Positions 18,040-28,205 of a stretch of 64,000 nt of DNA are shown piece by piece. Both the position numbers and the translations under genes were made by a program. This DNA comes from an uncultured Poribacteria bacterium (GTDB lineage: Bacteria; Poribacteria; WGA-4E; WGA-3G). The stretch covers positions 1,120,001 through 1,184,000 of the forward strand of contig CATQHZ020000001.1 in the NCBI GenBank assembly GCA_958296135.2. The letters are read 5' to 3'. The first letter of the stretch is position 1. The number at the start of each line of letters is the position of its first letter. A model generated the notes under the pieces. It was not told the DNA's origin. It made no database searches and saw only the letters and a list, made by a program, of their open reading frames with translations.

Positions 18040-19719
18040 CTACGGTGCCAGCATCGTCTTGATGTCTGCAGGCAGCTTAGCGTCGATAATCCGCTCAAAG
18101 TCTGCAACGCTCTTGTAGAGGGAGTGGAACAGGGCTGAAACATCCAACCCTATTCTTCCTGCAGCAGCCAAATCCGCTTTGGCTTTATCCCCATTTTGTA
18201 GGCACAGCCAAACGAGAGCCCGATTGAAATAAACCAGCGCATCATGCGGATTTACCCCTATTGCCGTGGTGTAGTCTTCAATGGCTAGATCGAACTCGCC
18301 TGTGCAGAAGTAAGCAGCGCCGCGATTGCAATAGGCTTTGGCATTATTGGGACTCCACTCTATCGCTTTGGTATAGTCTGCTATTGCCGGCTCAAACTGA
18401 CGTTTTTTGCCGTAAGCAACACCCCGGTCGTAATAGGCATCCGCGAAATCGGGGTTGAGTTTTATCGCTTCGCTCAAGTCTTCGATGGCTTTGCCAGCGT
18501 CGCCTGCTTTACCATAAAGGTTGCCGCGATTGTAGTAGGCATTGGCATAATTGGGATTGAGTTCTATTGCCGTGTTAAAGTCTGCAATCGCCCTTTCCAA
18601 TTCGCCGGTTTTGTGATAAACACTCCCGCGGCTGTTATAGGCCTCGGCAAAACACGGGTCAAGTTTTATCGCCGTGTTCAAGTCTTTGAGAGCCTTATCA
18701 ACGTTGCCTTCGTTGCTGTAGACGTTGCCGCGATTATTATAGGCATCGGCGTAATCTGGTTTAAGCGTAATCGCGGTGTTAAAGTCATTGATAGCGTTGT
18801 TAACTTCGCCTTTGACGTTATAAACGATGCCCCGATTGTTATAAGCCCCGGCATAACTAGGGTTGAGTTCGATCGCTGTGTTGAAATCGTCAAGGGCCTT
18901 TTCAACCTCACCGACGTTGCCGCGATTATTATAGGCATCGGCGTAATCTGGTTTAAGCGTAATCGCGGTGTTAAAGTCATTGATAGCGTTGTTAACTTCG
19001 CCTTTGACGTTATAAACGATGCCCCGATTGTTATAAGCCCCGGCATAACTAGGGTTGAGTTCGATCGCTGTGTTGAAATCGTCAAGGGCCTTTTCAACCT
19101 CACCTATGTTGCAGTAAACGATGCCCCGATTGTTATAAGCCCCGGCATGCTCTGGCTTCAGATTAATTGCATGCGAATAAGCTTCTATCGCTCTCTCCGT
19201 TTCCCCGAGCATCATCAGAAAGTTTCCCTGCTGGAACACCCACTCAGGTAGCGTTTCTTTTTTTGCAGCGTTAGATACCCGAGCCCGCGTTTCGGCAACA
19301 GCTTCTCGGATTCCATCTACCACGTTTTGCCAACCCCTACTCTCAGGATGCCATTCGTTAATCGGCACGCCTTTGTCAGGAAGTACCTCAAAATCCTGGA
19401 GTTGATGATTGAGCCAATCACAACTCTCAAGGATGATGGGGATGACTCTCATGTCTAACCTGAGTGCTTCGGCTAATTCCTTGTTGCAGTTTTTAGAGGC
19501 AAGACTCTCAGCAGAAACGAGATAGAGAAGCAAGTCCGAATCGGCAAGGTGTTTGAGAATGTCTTCTTGGCTCGCTTTGTCTCCCGCGGTGAGGTCTCCA
19601 TCGTGCCAAGTGGTGAGTTCGTTTTGCTGTTCCATCACAGCAAGACGCGTTCCCAATTTGTTCTTTGCTTCGGTGTCTGCATGCGAATAGGCAATGAATC
19701 CCTTGAGTGGTTTGCTCAT
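18040..19719 (-). CDS. TIR domain plus TPR repeat protein
   Basis: N-terminal FIAYSHAD..WHD..LVSAESLASKNCNKE TIR signature, followed by about 10 TPRs (AYNNRG..F..AI.L.P). Confidence 0.9.
   Translation of the reverse strand: MSKPLKGFIAYSHADTEAKNKLGTRLAVMEQQNELTTWHDGDLTAGDKASQEDILKHLADSDLLLYLVSAESLASKNCNKELAEALRLDMRVIPIILESCDWLNHQLQDFEVLPDKGVPINEWHPESRGWQNVVDGIREAVAETRARVSNAAKKETLPEWVFQQGNFLMMLGETERAIEAYSHAINLKPEHAGAYNNRGIVYCNIGEVEKALDDFNTAIELNPSYAGAYNNRGIVYNVKGEVNNAINDFNTAITLKPDYADAYNNRGNVGEVEKALDDFNTAIELNPSYAGAYNNRGIVYNVKGEVNNAINDFNTAITLKPDYADAYNNRGNVYSNEGNVDKALKDLNTAIKLDPCFAEAYNSRGSVYHKTGELERAIADFNTAIELNPNYANAYYNRGNLYGKAGDAGKAIEDLSEAIKLNPDFADAYYDRGVAYGKKRQFEPAIADYTKAIEWSPNNAKAYCNRGAAYFCTGEFDLAIEDYTTAIGVNPHDALVYFNRALVWLCLQNGDKAKADLAAAGRIGLDVSALFHSLYKSVADFERIIDAKLPADIKTMLAP
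18721..19104. repeat. 192-bp tandem duplication within the TPR region
   Basis: 18721-18912 matches 18913-19104, giving a 64-aa repeat in the protein. Confidence 0.9.
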
Positions 19720-19955
19720 GGCTTTCTCTCTTTCACGGTGCAAATTTTCTTCATGATGATAACATATCTCACGAAACAAATTGCAACTGAATTTCGCTAA
19801 TGTTCCAAACAGGCTGTCACTCGCAATCAGGACGCTCGGCGGGGGCTAAATACGTCGCCCTTCCATGGATAAAGAAGCCTTTAGTTCCGCATGGGAAAAG
19901 TCCCTCTGCCATGCGGCAGCCATATCCTTCGGTGGTGCCCCTCGGTAGTTATGAA

Positions 19956-20222
19956 TTAACCCTGTCGTATGCGCCTCTCGTATTCGTCGTGTTTTCCAAT
20001 CCAAAACCAGACGAGAGTTCCCTTTCGTTCAACAGCCAACATCCGATAGGCATCGCTGATTCGTGCAGCCCACAGCGTCTTCTTAACCTTTTTCAAGTGC
20101 AGTGACGGATGTTTTGGATTGTCAAACAACAATTTGATTTTCCTGAGTGCGCGTTCTTGAACGTTTTGTGGGAGTCTGTTATAATATCTCCAAAAACCTG
20201 CGTCCAGGCTATGTTTATTCAT
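19956..20222 (-). CDS. RelE/ParE-like toxin
   Basis: FW..Y..LP..VQ.RA..K..L...NP.HPSLHLKKV..WAARI..YR..WFWIG.HDEY pattern. ATGA overlap with the upstream gene. Confidence 0.8.
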   Translation of the reverse strand: MNKHSLDAGFWRYYNRLPQNVQERALRKIKLLFDNPKHPSLHLKKVKKTLWAARISDAYRMLAVERKGTLVWFWIGKHDEYERRIRQG

Positions 20223-20665
20223 AACTCTTCGTACGTGTAAGCGCGAAAATCAGAAAGATTTTGAGGCCTTCCGACTTTTGCGTCTCTGCATCCGAGCAAG
20301 GCAGTCTTCAAAGATTGAAGCACAGCCCCGGGGGCATCTGACGAGTGCTGCGCGAGAAACACGCCCAGGTCTTTGCATTTACCCGCGTCAAAATCGGCAA
20401 TGACGCGCTCGGCGATAGCATCGAATTTCCCGGCATCCACGTCTGCCTCGATTTGCCGATCCCAAGCGTCTGCGTGAGCTGCTAATGCCTCGCGAAGTCT
20501 GACTTCTAGCGTTCGCATCAACGCCTCTTTCGTTTTCGCGTGACACTTCACCTCAGGGAATTCCTGAATCGACCCATTCCATCCCTCGCTATTCTCCCAG
20601 ATGTTGGCGGTATAGATTTCGCCATCATCAGGGTCTTGGATTTCGTGAGTATAAACGCTTGTCAT
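20219..20665 (-). CDS. Putative antitoxin (HicB-like N-terminus plus WDRQIEAD..AGK module)
   Basis: Acidic ORF immediately upstream of the toxin, with a WDRQIEADVDAGKFD motif. Confidence 0.65.
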   Translation of the reverse strand: MTSVYTHEIQDPDDGEIYTANIWENSEGWNGSIQEFPEVKCHAKTKEALMRTLEVRLREALAAHADAWDRQIEADVDAGKFDAIAERVIADFDAGKCKDLGVFLAQHSSDAPGAVLQSLKTALLGCRDAKVGRPQNLSDFRAYTYEEL

Positions 20666-20720
20666 GCGTGGCTCCTTTCATTGATATGGGGCAGCGCGCT
20701 TGGAAAAGCGCGCCTACTTG

Positions 20721-21254
20721 CTAGAACTGCGAGGGGAAATTCCCACGGGCCGCATCCATTACCTCCGCGGTAATCTCTGCGTGGCCGTTGTCTTTCGCGA
20801 AACCTTCAATGCCCATCTTTGCCATAGGCCGGACAAAACTCGGGATCCGCTCCAAGCGTGCTAATGCCTCCGCTGACCAGGTGGGACCGGCAGGTTCTAC
20901 CTTCGGCTCTTCTTCCTCAAACGCGCCCGCGATAACGGAGGTAAAGGGACACTTGCCGCCCTCAGCAGTTCCCGCCGCGTTTGCGTCTTGTGCGTCGGGT
21001 GTGTCGGGCATCGGCTCGCGTTTGGCTGTGCCTAATTGTGAACGCACCATCTGCATCGGTTGCGCTGCCTCGGCAGTGCCGCCTAGCTGCAAGTCCAAGG
21101 ATTTTAGCATCTGGGTTTCCCAGGGGTTGAGGAACATCGCGAATTCCACGAAGCAGTCGGGGCATTCAAACACGGCGGTGACAGAGCCTTGCTCCGGGCG
21201 CGTCACGTCTTTGAATTTCATCGCTGTATCGCAGTCTCGGCATAAGAATTTCAT
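20721..21254 (-). CDS. Zn-finger plus PCP_red domain protein
   Basis: CRDC..CPDC, a KCPF motif, and C-terminal WSAEALARLERIPSFVRPMAKMGIEGFAKDNG..EIT. Confidence 0.8.
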   Translation of the reverse strand: MKFLCRDCDTAMKFKDVTRPEQGSVTAVFECPDCFVEFAMFLNPWETQMLKSLDLQLGGTAEAAQPMQMVRSQLGTAKREPMPDTPDAQDANAAGTAEGGKCPFTSVIAGAFEEEEPKVEPAGPTWSAEALARLERIPSFVRPMAKMGIEGFAKDNGHAEITAEVMDAARGNFPSQF

Positions 21255-21256
21255 TG

Positions 21257-22129
21257 TTAAGTCTCCTTAAAGAAATGTTGAATTTTTCCGGCAACTGCTG
21301 TGAGTGCTAGGCTTGCGGGAGTGTCCGGGTATTCTCGCACATAAGGCATGCCTTTGTCGCTACAGTAGGCGAGTTTCGCATCGAAGGGTATGCTACCGAG
21401 TGTCTCCTCCCATAAAGGTTCATCGGTAGAGAAGAGGGGTTCCTTTTCGCCACAATGCTGGCAGATATGAAACGCCATATTTTCGATAACGCCGATGATA
21501 GGCACGTTGAGGATATGTTGCGCCATCGCTAATGATTTTTTGACGATGAATTGCGACACCTCGGAGGGTATCGTCACGACGAGAACGCCGCCAAGGTTCG
21601 GCAGAAGTTCGACGACGTTGGGGAGTTTGTCTGTGCCCGGCGGCAGATCGAGCAGGAGGTAGTCAAGTGCGCCCCATTCGGTATCGCCGATGAATTCTCG
21701 GAGTGCGCCGACTTCCATCGTGGCGCGCCAGGTGAAGGCATCTTTCTGGGTATGCGCATTCCACAGCACGGGTGCCTCATCCTCGGCAAGCAGTAAATCC
21801 ATGGAGATAACCTTGATGCCGAGGGCGTTGACAATGGGGGTGACTCCTGCCGGCGAATAGTGGAGTGCGGCGTTCCGCACGCCCATCATTTTGGCTATCG
21901 ATGGCCCGTTGATATCCGCGTCGACTACGCCAACAGCGCAGCCTTCCAGCGCGAGCGCGGCGGCGAGGTTCGCGGTTATCGCGCTCTTGCCGACACCGCC
22001 TTTCCCGCTCATAATTGCGACGGTGTGTTTCACATCGGCAAGCCGTTTTTGGAGTCGGTTTAGCTGCGCTGTGACTTGCCCGATGATGTCGGATCCGGCA
22101 TCAGCCGGTAGTTCGTTGTAGGTTTTCAT
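21257..22129 (-). CDS. Mrp/ApbC/NBP35 family Fe-S cluster carrier ATPase
   Basis: SGKGGVGKS, DADINGPS, DLPPGT and ENM..CQHC motifs. Confidence 0.9.
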   Translation of the reverse strand: MKTYNELPADAGSDIIGQVTAQLNRLQKRLADVKHTVAIMSGKGGVGKSAITANLAAALALEGCAVGVVDADINGPSIAKMMGVRNAALHYSPAGVTPIVNALGIKVISMDLLLAEDEAPVLWNAHTQKDAFTWRATMEVGALREFIGDTEWGALDYLLLDLPPGTDKLPNVVELLPNLGGVLVVTIPSEVSQFIVKKSLAMAQHILNVPIIGVIENMAFHICQHCGEKEPLFSTDEPLWEETLGSIPFDAKLAYCSDKGMPYVREYPDTPASLALTAVAGKIQHFFKET

Positions 22130-22245
22130 AATGGACAGGACGGACGTGAACGTCTAAAACTCCGGTTCGGTAGGCGCGCTTTATTCGGAATTATCCGTTT
22201 ATTTTTTTACTTCATCAAAACGCGCCCCAAGGTTGCTGGAAAAGG

Positions 22246-22854
22246 CTAATCCGCCAGCAGTTTAAAAGTATGCCGATGGATTTCCGACGCGCCGAACTCC
22301 GCAATCGCTGTCCGATGCTGTGGTGTCGGATACCCTTTGTGCTGCGGAAATCCGTAGTTTGGATAGGTTTCGCCGAATTCAATCATCAGCGCATCACGTG
22401 TCGTTTTGGCGATAACGGAGGCCGCTGCGATGGAGAGACTCAAACTATCCCCCTTTGGAATTGCTTGTCCCATAACCCTTGTTTCGGGCAGATCCAACCC
22501 ATCTACCAGTAGGTAATCTGGAGATGGAGAGAGATTAGCAACAGCGTCCTGCATGGCTAAGAGCGTTGCGCCTAAGATATTGAGACGCGCTATCATCGGC
22601 GGATCGGCGCGGCCGACACCTACTGAGATGGCCACCCGGTGGATTTCATCCCGCAGGCGCGAACGTTGATGCGGTGATAACTGCTTTGAATCCCTCAAAC
22701 CGGGAATCTGGCAATTAGGTGGTAGAATGACAGCGGCGGCGATGACGGGGCCGGCCAAGGCGCCTCGGCCCACTTCGTCAACGCCAGCAATTTGTCGGTA
22801 GCCGTTCTGTCGGCAGGCGCGCTCGAAAGCGTTCAGGCAAACGTGTTTCTCCAT
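22246..22854 (-). CDS. rnhB: Ribonuclease HII
   Basis: GVDEVGRGALAGPV, DSK, KGD.S.SIAAAS.IAK and KGYPT motifs. Confidence 0.95.
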   Translation of the reverse strand: MEKHVCLNAFERACRQNGYRQIAGVDEVGRGALAGPVIAAAVILPPNCQIPGLRDSKQLSPHQRSRLRDEIHRVAISVGVGRADPPMIARLNILGATLLAMQDAVANLSPSPDYLLVDGLDLPETRVMGQAIPKGDSLSLSIAAASVIAKTTRDALMIEFGETYPNYGFPQHKGYPTPQHRTAIAEFGASEIHRHTFKLLAD

Positions 22855-22858
22855 CAGC

Positions 22859-23203
22859 CTATCTTCTTCTCTCTTTGACACGCGCGGCCCTTCCGGTGCG
22901 TTCCCGTAGGTAATACAACTTTGCCCGCCGGACGGCACCGTACCGGACGACTTGGATACTGTCAATATTCGGCGAATGGAGCGGGAACGTTCTTTCACTC
23001 CCGGTTCCGAACGCGACGCGCCGCACCGTAAATGTCGCCCGCGCGCCGCTGTGCGCGCGCCGAATGACGGTGCCTTCGTACACCTGAATTCGCTCTTTCT
23101 GCCCCTCCCGGATACGGGTGTTCACCTTGACAATGTCGCCGGGGCCAAATTGAGGGAGATCACTCTTCAGATATTGGCTTTCAACGGACTCAATTAAGTT
23201 CAT
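22859..23203 (-). CDS. rplS: 50S ribosomal protein L19
   Basis: ERIQVYEG, VRRAKLYYLR. Confidence 0.97.
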   Translation of the reverse strand: MNLIESVESQYLKSDLPQFGPGDIVKVNTRIREGQKERIQVYEGTVIRRAHSGARATFTVRRVAFGTGSERTFPLHSPNIDSIQVVRYGAVRRAKLYYLRERTGRAARVKERRR

Positions 23204-23325
23204 CGTGGGTTCCTCCTATGGATGTTTCGTTATTTGATATGAATAGGACTCGCGACACACGCTGGGTGGGTGCGGTTTGTAACCGCACGCGTAGTCAAAC
23301 ATGCGTGCGTCCAATGCGCGTCATC

Positions 23326-24060
23326 CTATTTCAATTCTGTCAACCCTGCCGCTTTGAGAATTGCGATATCCTCTGCGGTGAGTTCAAGTTTTTGAAGCAG
23401 TGCCGGGCGGCGTTGCGCCGTGCGCCTGAGTGCCTCCGTGTACCGCCACTTCTCAATGTTATCGTGATGTCCACTTAGTAGCACTTCTGGCACCTGCATC
23501 CCTTCAAATTCGGCGGGACGCGTGTAGTGCGGATGATCGAGCAGTTCGTGGCTGAACGAGTCGACTTGGGCGGATTCATAATCGCCGAGGGCCCCCGGTA
23601 GGACACGGCCGATGGCATCAATGAGGACGAGCGCGGCAATTTCGCCGCCGCTCAAAACGTAATCGCCGATGGAGATTTCAGTTGTTACCAATCTGTCGCG
23701 CACGCGTTCATCAACGCCTTTGTAACGTCCGCATAAGAGGATGAGGTGCGTCTCCAGAGAGAGCGATTCCGCGAGTGCCTGCGTGAGCGGCGTGCCTTGC
23801 GGTGTCAGGTAGATAACGTGCGCGGTCTGCCCCGGGTTTAAATCAGCGAGTGCAGAAAAAATGGGGCCTGGTTTCAGAATCATTCCTGCGCCGCCACCGT
23901 ACGGATAATCGTCCACCGATTTATGTTTGTCGGTTGCCCAATCACGCAGATTATGGACGTTGACAGCGAGTTTATCGGCCTCTTGCGCGCGTCTGAGGAT
24001 GCCGGTTTGCAGTGCTGGCGCGAGTATCTCTGGGAACAAGGCGAGAACATCGATTTTCAT
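23326..24060 (-). CDS. trmD: tRNA (guanine-N1)-methyltransferase
   Basis: [29 protein letters not shown]. Confidence 0.97.
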   Translation of the reverse strand: MKIDVLALFPEILAPALQTGILRRAQEADKLAVNVHNLRDWATDKHKSVDDYPYGGGAGMILKPGPIFSALADLNPGQTAHVIYLTPQGTPLTQALAESLSLETHLILLCGRYKGVDERVRDRLVTTEISIGDYVLSGGEIAALVLIDAIGRVLPGALGDYESAQVDSFSHELLDHPHYTRPAEFEGMQVPEVLLSGHHDNIEKWRYTEALRRTAQRRPALLQKLELTAEDIAILKAAGLTELK

Positions 24061-24254
24061 TTTTTCATGGGTTCAACATTTGCAATCGTGCCGGGGCCAG
24101 AGTGCGTCGGAGACGGCTTATGCAAACTCATAAAGGTGGCGCGTCTAGGGCTCGCTCTTATACCAAATTGCCCGAACCCGGCGAGCTCAGGTGCTCTCGC
24201 CCTAGAGAGAAAAGACGAGACGTTCTCCCTACGGCGAGGGCAGTCAACGCGGCC

Positions 24255-24512
24255 CTATGCCTCGGATGCCTCATCAGGGGATTCGATCAATTCAAGGATG
24301 ACCTTTCGATTCGCGTGTATCCCGGCGGTATAGAGCACACTGCGGATGGCTTTCAGGGTTCTGCCATATCTACCGATAATTTTCCCTAAATCTTCTTCTG
24401 CTACCGTCAATTTGACAATGACGACAGTCTCGCCAGTTACTTCGTGAACCACCACCCGGTCTGGATAATCAACGAGTGACTTTGCGATGTATTCAATCAA
24501 ATCTTTGAACAT
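24255..24512 (-). CDS. khpA: KH-domain RNA-binding protein KhpA
   Basis: DLGKIIGRYGRT motif and conserved position after rpsP. Confidence 0.9.
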   Translation of the reverse strand: MFKDLIEYIAKSLVDYPDRVVVHEVTGETVVIVKLTVAEEDLGKIIGRYGRTLKAIRSVLYTAGIHANRKVILELIESPDEASEA

Positions 24513-24793
24513 TTTGGTATCCTACTATGAAACGGGTGTTATCCACGTTCACTGGTGCCCCGGTCTTCGGATTGGCGTAGTGAGGGACAATAGTGAGGGA
24601 CAGTGGACATCTCTGCAGCGAGGCTGCAGCTCAGTCGATCGTGCAGTGTATTCCGTTTACGGAAGACACATCTTCGGCGTTCGGTATTCCCGAACGCCTA
24701 CACGATCGACAGCAGATGACAAAGTTATCGGTTCGCGGTGTCTGAAGACGGGCCCTCGCCCGACGTGAATCCGAGCGTGCCGAGTGCCTGCTG

Positions 24794-25177
24794 CTACTGC
24801 CCCGGGTCGGGTGTTGTTTCGGTGAGCAGCGTTCCCACTTCGGAGGGGGGTTTAGGCGATTCAACGTCTTCGTCTGGTTCTTCGGCAATCTCTGCGTCAG
24901 GCAGAGGTTTTCCGAGTTTCTCATAAGTGAATTTCTTCCAAATGCCGCGTTTGGCGAGTAAGTTTTTCGCCGTATCGGAGGGTTGCGCGCCGCGCCGTAG
25001 CCACTTCAAAGCCTTCTCTTCATCAATAACAATTTCCGGGGGCTCGGTGAGTGGGTTGTAATGGCCGAGGCGTTCCAAAAACGCGCCATCCCGCTGCGCG
25101 CGTACATCCGCCGCGACTAGCCGGTAAAAGGGACGTTTCTTTCTACCGTGCCGTTGTAATCTGATTCTAACTGCCAA
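24794..25177 (-). CDS. rpsP: 30S ribosomal protein S16 with acidic C-terminal extension
   Basis: [29 protein letters not shown] start preceded by AGGAG. Confidence 0.95.
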   Translation of the reverse strand: MAVRIRLQRHGRKKRPFYRLVAADVRAQRDGAFLERLGHYNPLTEPPEIVIDEEKALKWLRRGAQPSDTAKNLLAKRGIWKKFTYEKLGKPLPDAEIAEEPDEDVESPKPPSEVGTLLTETTPDPGQ

Positions 25178-25319
25178 AAAATTATCTCCTCTTGTTTGAT
25201 AAGCGCGCTTTGAGCGCGCGTCTCTCTGATGTAGGGCCTGACATAGGGCGAGGGAAACCTCTCCCTCGCTGAGAACGGGTTTCTGGTGCGGTAGGCGCGG
25301 TTTGCAACCGCGCTGCCAA

Positions 25320-26714
25320 TTAACGTGATTTGCGGCGTTTGCGCCGCCGCGGCTTCTTCGCTTTCCGCTTCGGACGAGGGAGCGCGCCGAGCTTCGGGCC
25401 CATTTGCGGCATCGCCATCGCCGTTTGCTGATTGAGCATGCGGTTCATCATCCGCAGCTGATTCACCAACGTGTTTATCTGATTTACCGTGGTGCCACTG
25501 CCTTTGGCAATGCGGAGTTTCCGGCTCCTATCCAACAACGTGGGGTCCCGCCGTTCCTCGGGTGTCATCGATTGGATGGCGGCTTTCGCGTAGTTCAAAT
25601 GGCTCTCATCCGGCTTGAGATTCTTGACAGGCAGTTGATTCTTAAACGGAATCAGATCTACCAGTTGATCCAAGGGCCCCATGTTTCTGATTTGCTCAAG
25701 TTGCGTGAGAAAATCGTTGAAATCTAACCCCTTATTCTCGGAGAGTTTGCGTTCGAGTTCCCTCGCCTGGTCTTCTGAGAAAACATCCTCTGCCTTCTCA
25801 ATCAAGGTTTGGAAGTCGCCCTGTCCAAGGATGCGCGAGGACATCCGTTCTGGGTAGAATTCCTCCAACGCCGCTGCTTCAATCTTCTCGCCGATACTGA
25901 TGAACTTAATCGGCTTATCCGTGATGTGCCGAATGGAGAGTGCTGCACCTCCACGGGCATCGCCGTCCATCTTCGTGAGGATAACGCCGTCAATGTCCAA
26001 ATCGTTATTGAAGTTTTCGGCGACATTGACGGCATCTTGTCCTGTCATCGCATCGACGACGAGCAGGATTTCTGTCGGGTTTACCGCGTCCTTGATGCCC
26101 CGCAGTTCGCCCATTAGTTCCTCATTAATATGCAGACGGCCGGCGGTATCCACAATAACACAGTTCTGTCCGTGTGCCAAGGCTTCCGTGACAGAGGCTT
26201 TCGCAATTTTCACCGGTGAGACATCCGTGCCCATCGAGAAAACGGGGGTTTCTGTCTGTTCGCCGAGGATTTGCAGCTGCCGAATCGCTGCGGGACGGTA
26301 AACATCGGCGGCGACGAGGAGCGGGGTGCGTCCCTCTTTGCGGAATTTGAGAGCGAGTTTCGCTGCGACTGTCGTTTTGCCGGCACCTTGCAGCCCGACG
26401 AGCATGACGACTGTCGGCCCGCTTGGTGCGATGCGAATTTTCTCCGCCTCGGCCCCCATCAGTTGGGTAAGTTCTTCCCCAATAATCCGGGCGATTTGGA
26501 GCTCAGGCGTGAGGCTGCCCATTACCTCTTGGCCGAGGGCGCGCGTCTTAATCCGCTCTATAAAGTCGCGCGTGACTTTATAGTTGACATCTGCTTCCAG
26601 AAACGCGCGCCGCACCTCGCGCAGGGAGTCGGAGATATTACTCTCTGTCAATTTCCCTTGTCCGCGTAGTTTTTTGAAGGTGCTTTGCAGTCTTTCGTTT
26701 AAGCTCTCAAACAT
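25320..26714 (-). CDS. ffh: Signal recognition particle protein Ffh
   Basis: [19 protein letters not shown] and an M-domain. Start at MFESL. Confidence 0.97.
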   Translation of the reverse strand: MFESLNERLQSTFKKLRGQGKLTESNISDSLREVRRAFLEADVNYKVTRDFIERIKTRALGQEVMGSLTPELQIARIIGEELTQLMGAEAEKIRIAPSGPTVVMLVGLQGAGKTTVAAKLALKFRKEGRTPLLVAADVYRPAAIRQLQILGEQTETPVFSMGTDVSPVKIAKASVTEALAHGQNCVIVDTAGRLHINEELMGELRGIKDAVNPTEILLVVDAMTGQDAVNVAENFNNDLDIDGVILTKMDGDARGGAALSIRHITDKPIKFISIGEKIEAAALEEFYPERMSSRILGQGDFQTLIEKAEDVFSEDQARELERKLSENKGLDFNDFLTQLEQIRNMGPLDQLVDLIPFKNQLPVKNLKPDESHLNYAKAAIQSMTPEERRDPTLLDRSRKLRIAKGSGTTVNQINTLVNQLRMMNRMLNQQTAMAMPQMGPKLGALPRPKRKAKKPRRRKRRKSR

Positions 26715-26768
26715 CGTTTCCGCTTCCTTCCCGATTTTTCGTTTCGGATGGGCTTTATTATTATTATA

Positions 26769-26797
26769 ATTATAGCAAATTTTACTGCAAATGTCAA
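26769..26797 (-). promoter_or_regulatory. Consensus sigma70 promoter of ffh
   Basis: TTGACA-17nt-TATAAT with extended TG. Confidence 0.8.
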
Positions 26798-27086
26798 ATT
26801 TTTTTCGCGATTTGTCAGAATGGTAGGTTTTTCCGTGTATCTTGTGCTTCATTCAGCGTTAATTTCTGTTGCTGAATTGCGGATTTGCAGGATGAGGGTG
26901 GGACTCTCTGGCGTGCCACCGGCATGCTGGGTTGTCTTGTTTGGAGACGAGGCATCGCGTGAAACGTTTCTTTGGGGCGGTTAGGTCCTGCATATCTATA
27001 GCGCGTCGGAACGCCAACAACCCTAAGGTTAGTTAGGTCCTTAAAGTCCTGTTGTTCCTCCTATAGGTTTGATTCAGACAATTAAC

Positions 27087-27157
27087 ATGATACCAAATTC
27101 TGCGGCGGATGTCAAAATTTTTACGCGCTTGACAAAAATCGGTATCTCTGCTAAAAA
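27087..27157. promoter_or_regulatory. Back-to-back divergent sigma70 promoters
   Basis: Minus: TTGACA-17-TATCAT (27115-27087). Plus: TTGACA-17-TAAAAA (27129-27157). Confidence 0.6.
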
Positions 27158-27164
27158 TTAGGGT

Positions 27165-28205
27165 ATGAAAATCGCAATGTTAAAAACCCTCTTTATCCTC
27201 GCCTTGACATGCTGCTATTTGGGATGCCAAGGCGGCGCATTGAATCTCAATTCTGTCGGCGGCTCGGGGATTATTGAGAAATCTGGCGAACTCACCGAAA
27301 ACGAAGTGTGGGACGGACGTATCTATGTCACCGGCACCGTTATTGTCCCCGAGGGCATCACGCTGACTATCCGTTCCGGTTCCATCGTCGGGTTTGAGCC
27401 GATGGACACTCCCGGTGAAATTCTTGTGCGGGGGGAGCTCTACGCGGAGGGCTCTCCAGAGCTGATGATAGTTTTCGGTTCTCTCGGCGCGCAGCCGACG
27501 GAGCAACAGGAAACTGCACCTTCAGCGGCTTCGCCTATTACGAGTGGGTACGGCTTTCCGCAGACACAGACACCTATACAGGCAACACCGATGACGGCTG
27601 CCCCGCCAAAAGCCGGTGATTGGCGCGGCATTCGCATTGAGGCACAAAGCCCGAATAGTCGGCTTACCTATTGCCGCATTCAACACGCGACGGCTGGCAT
27701 TACGATAGTTGCGGATTCGGTGCAAATCGAGAGGTGCCTCTTCAGTATGAATAATATCGGAGTGCTGTGCGAGAATGCTAATCCGACTCTCACGAATAAC
27801 GAATTCAACCGGAACGGCACGGGGCTCCAATTTCGCGGTGCTGCTGCATCGGACGTTGAGCACAACGCCTTCGCCGCAAATGAGTACGGGATTATCTGCG
27901 AGGATGATTCTCGTCCGCGCATCGTTTACAACGAGATTCGCGCGAATTATCAGCATGCCATCGTCTGCTATTCCACAGCCTCGCCGGAGATTGTCTCTAA
28001 CAACATCACGATGAACGTCGGATGGGCAGTTTACGATGGCGGCAGACTCCGCGATAATTACATCAGCGGGAACAAACAGATGGGTCCGGGCGTTACAGAC
28101 CTTTCCATCGGAACGCAAAGCGACCAGGTTTACAGCGTTGATGAGACGTTAGATGCGAGGAGTACGCCTGTCCCGGAGGCAGGGGTTCAACGGGAGAATT
28201 TTTAG
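27165..28205 (+). CDS. Right-handed parallel beta-helix (NosD/pectin-lyase-like) lipoprotein
   Basis: Lipobox-like YLGC, GDWRGI motif and N-rich beta-helix repeats. Confidence 0.8.
   Translation: MKIAMLKTLFILALTCCYLGCQGGALNLNSVGGSGIIEKSGELTENEVWDGRIYVTGTVIVPEGITLTIRSGSIVGFEPMDTPGEILVRGELYAEGSPELMIVFGSLGAQPTEQQETAPSAASPITSGYGFPQTQTPIQATPMTAAPPKAGDWRGIRIEAQSPNSRLTYCRIQHATAGITIVADSVQIERCLFSMNNIGVLCENANPTLTNNEFNRNGTGLQFRGAAASDVEHNAFAANEYGIICEDDSRPRIVYNEIRANYQHAIVCYSTASPEIVSNNITMNVGWAVYDGGRLRDNYISGNKQMGPGVTDLSIGTQSDQVYSVDETLDARSTPVPEAGVQRENF

Noticed and set aside
13797-21254. Photosynthesis or chlorophyll biosynthesis genes
   Set aside because: Only the small PCP_red-like module is present. There are no BchL/N/B catalytic domains.
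26800-27080. SRP RNA (ffs) next to ffh
   Set aside because: The conserved helix-8 motif with its GGAA tetraloop was not found on either strand.
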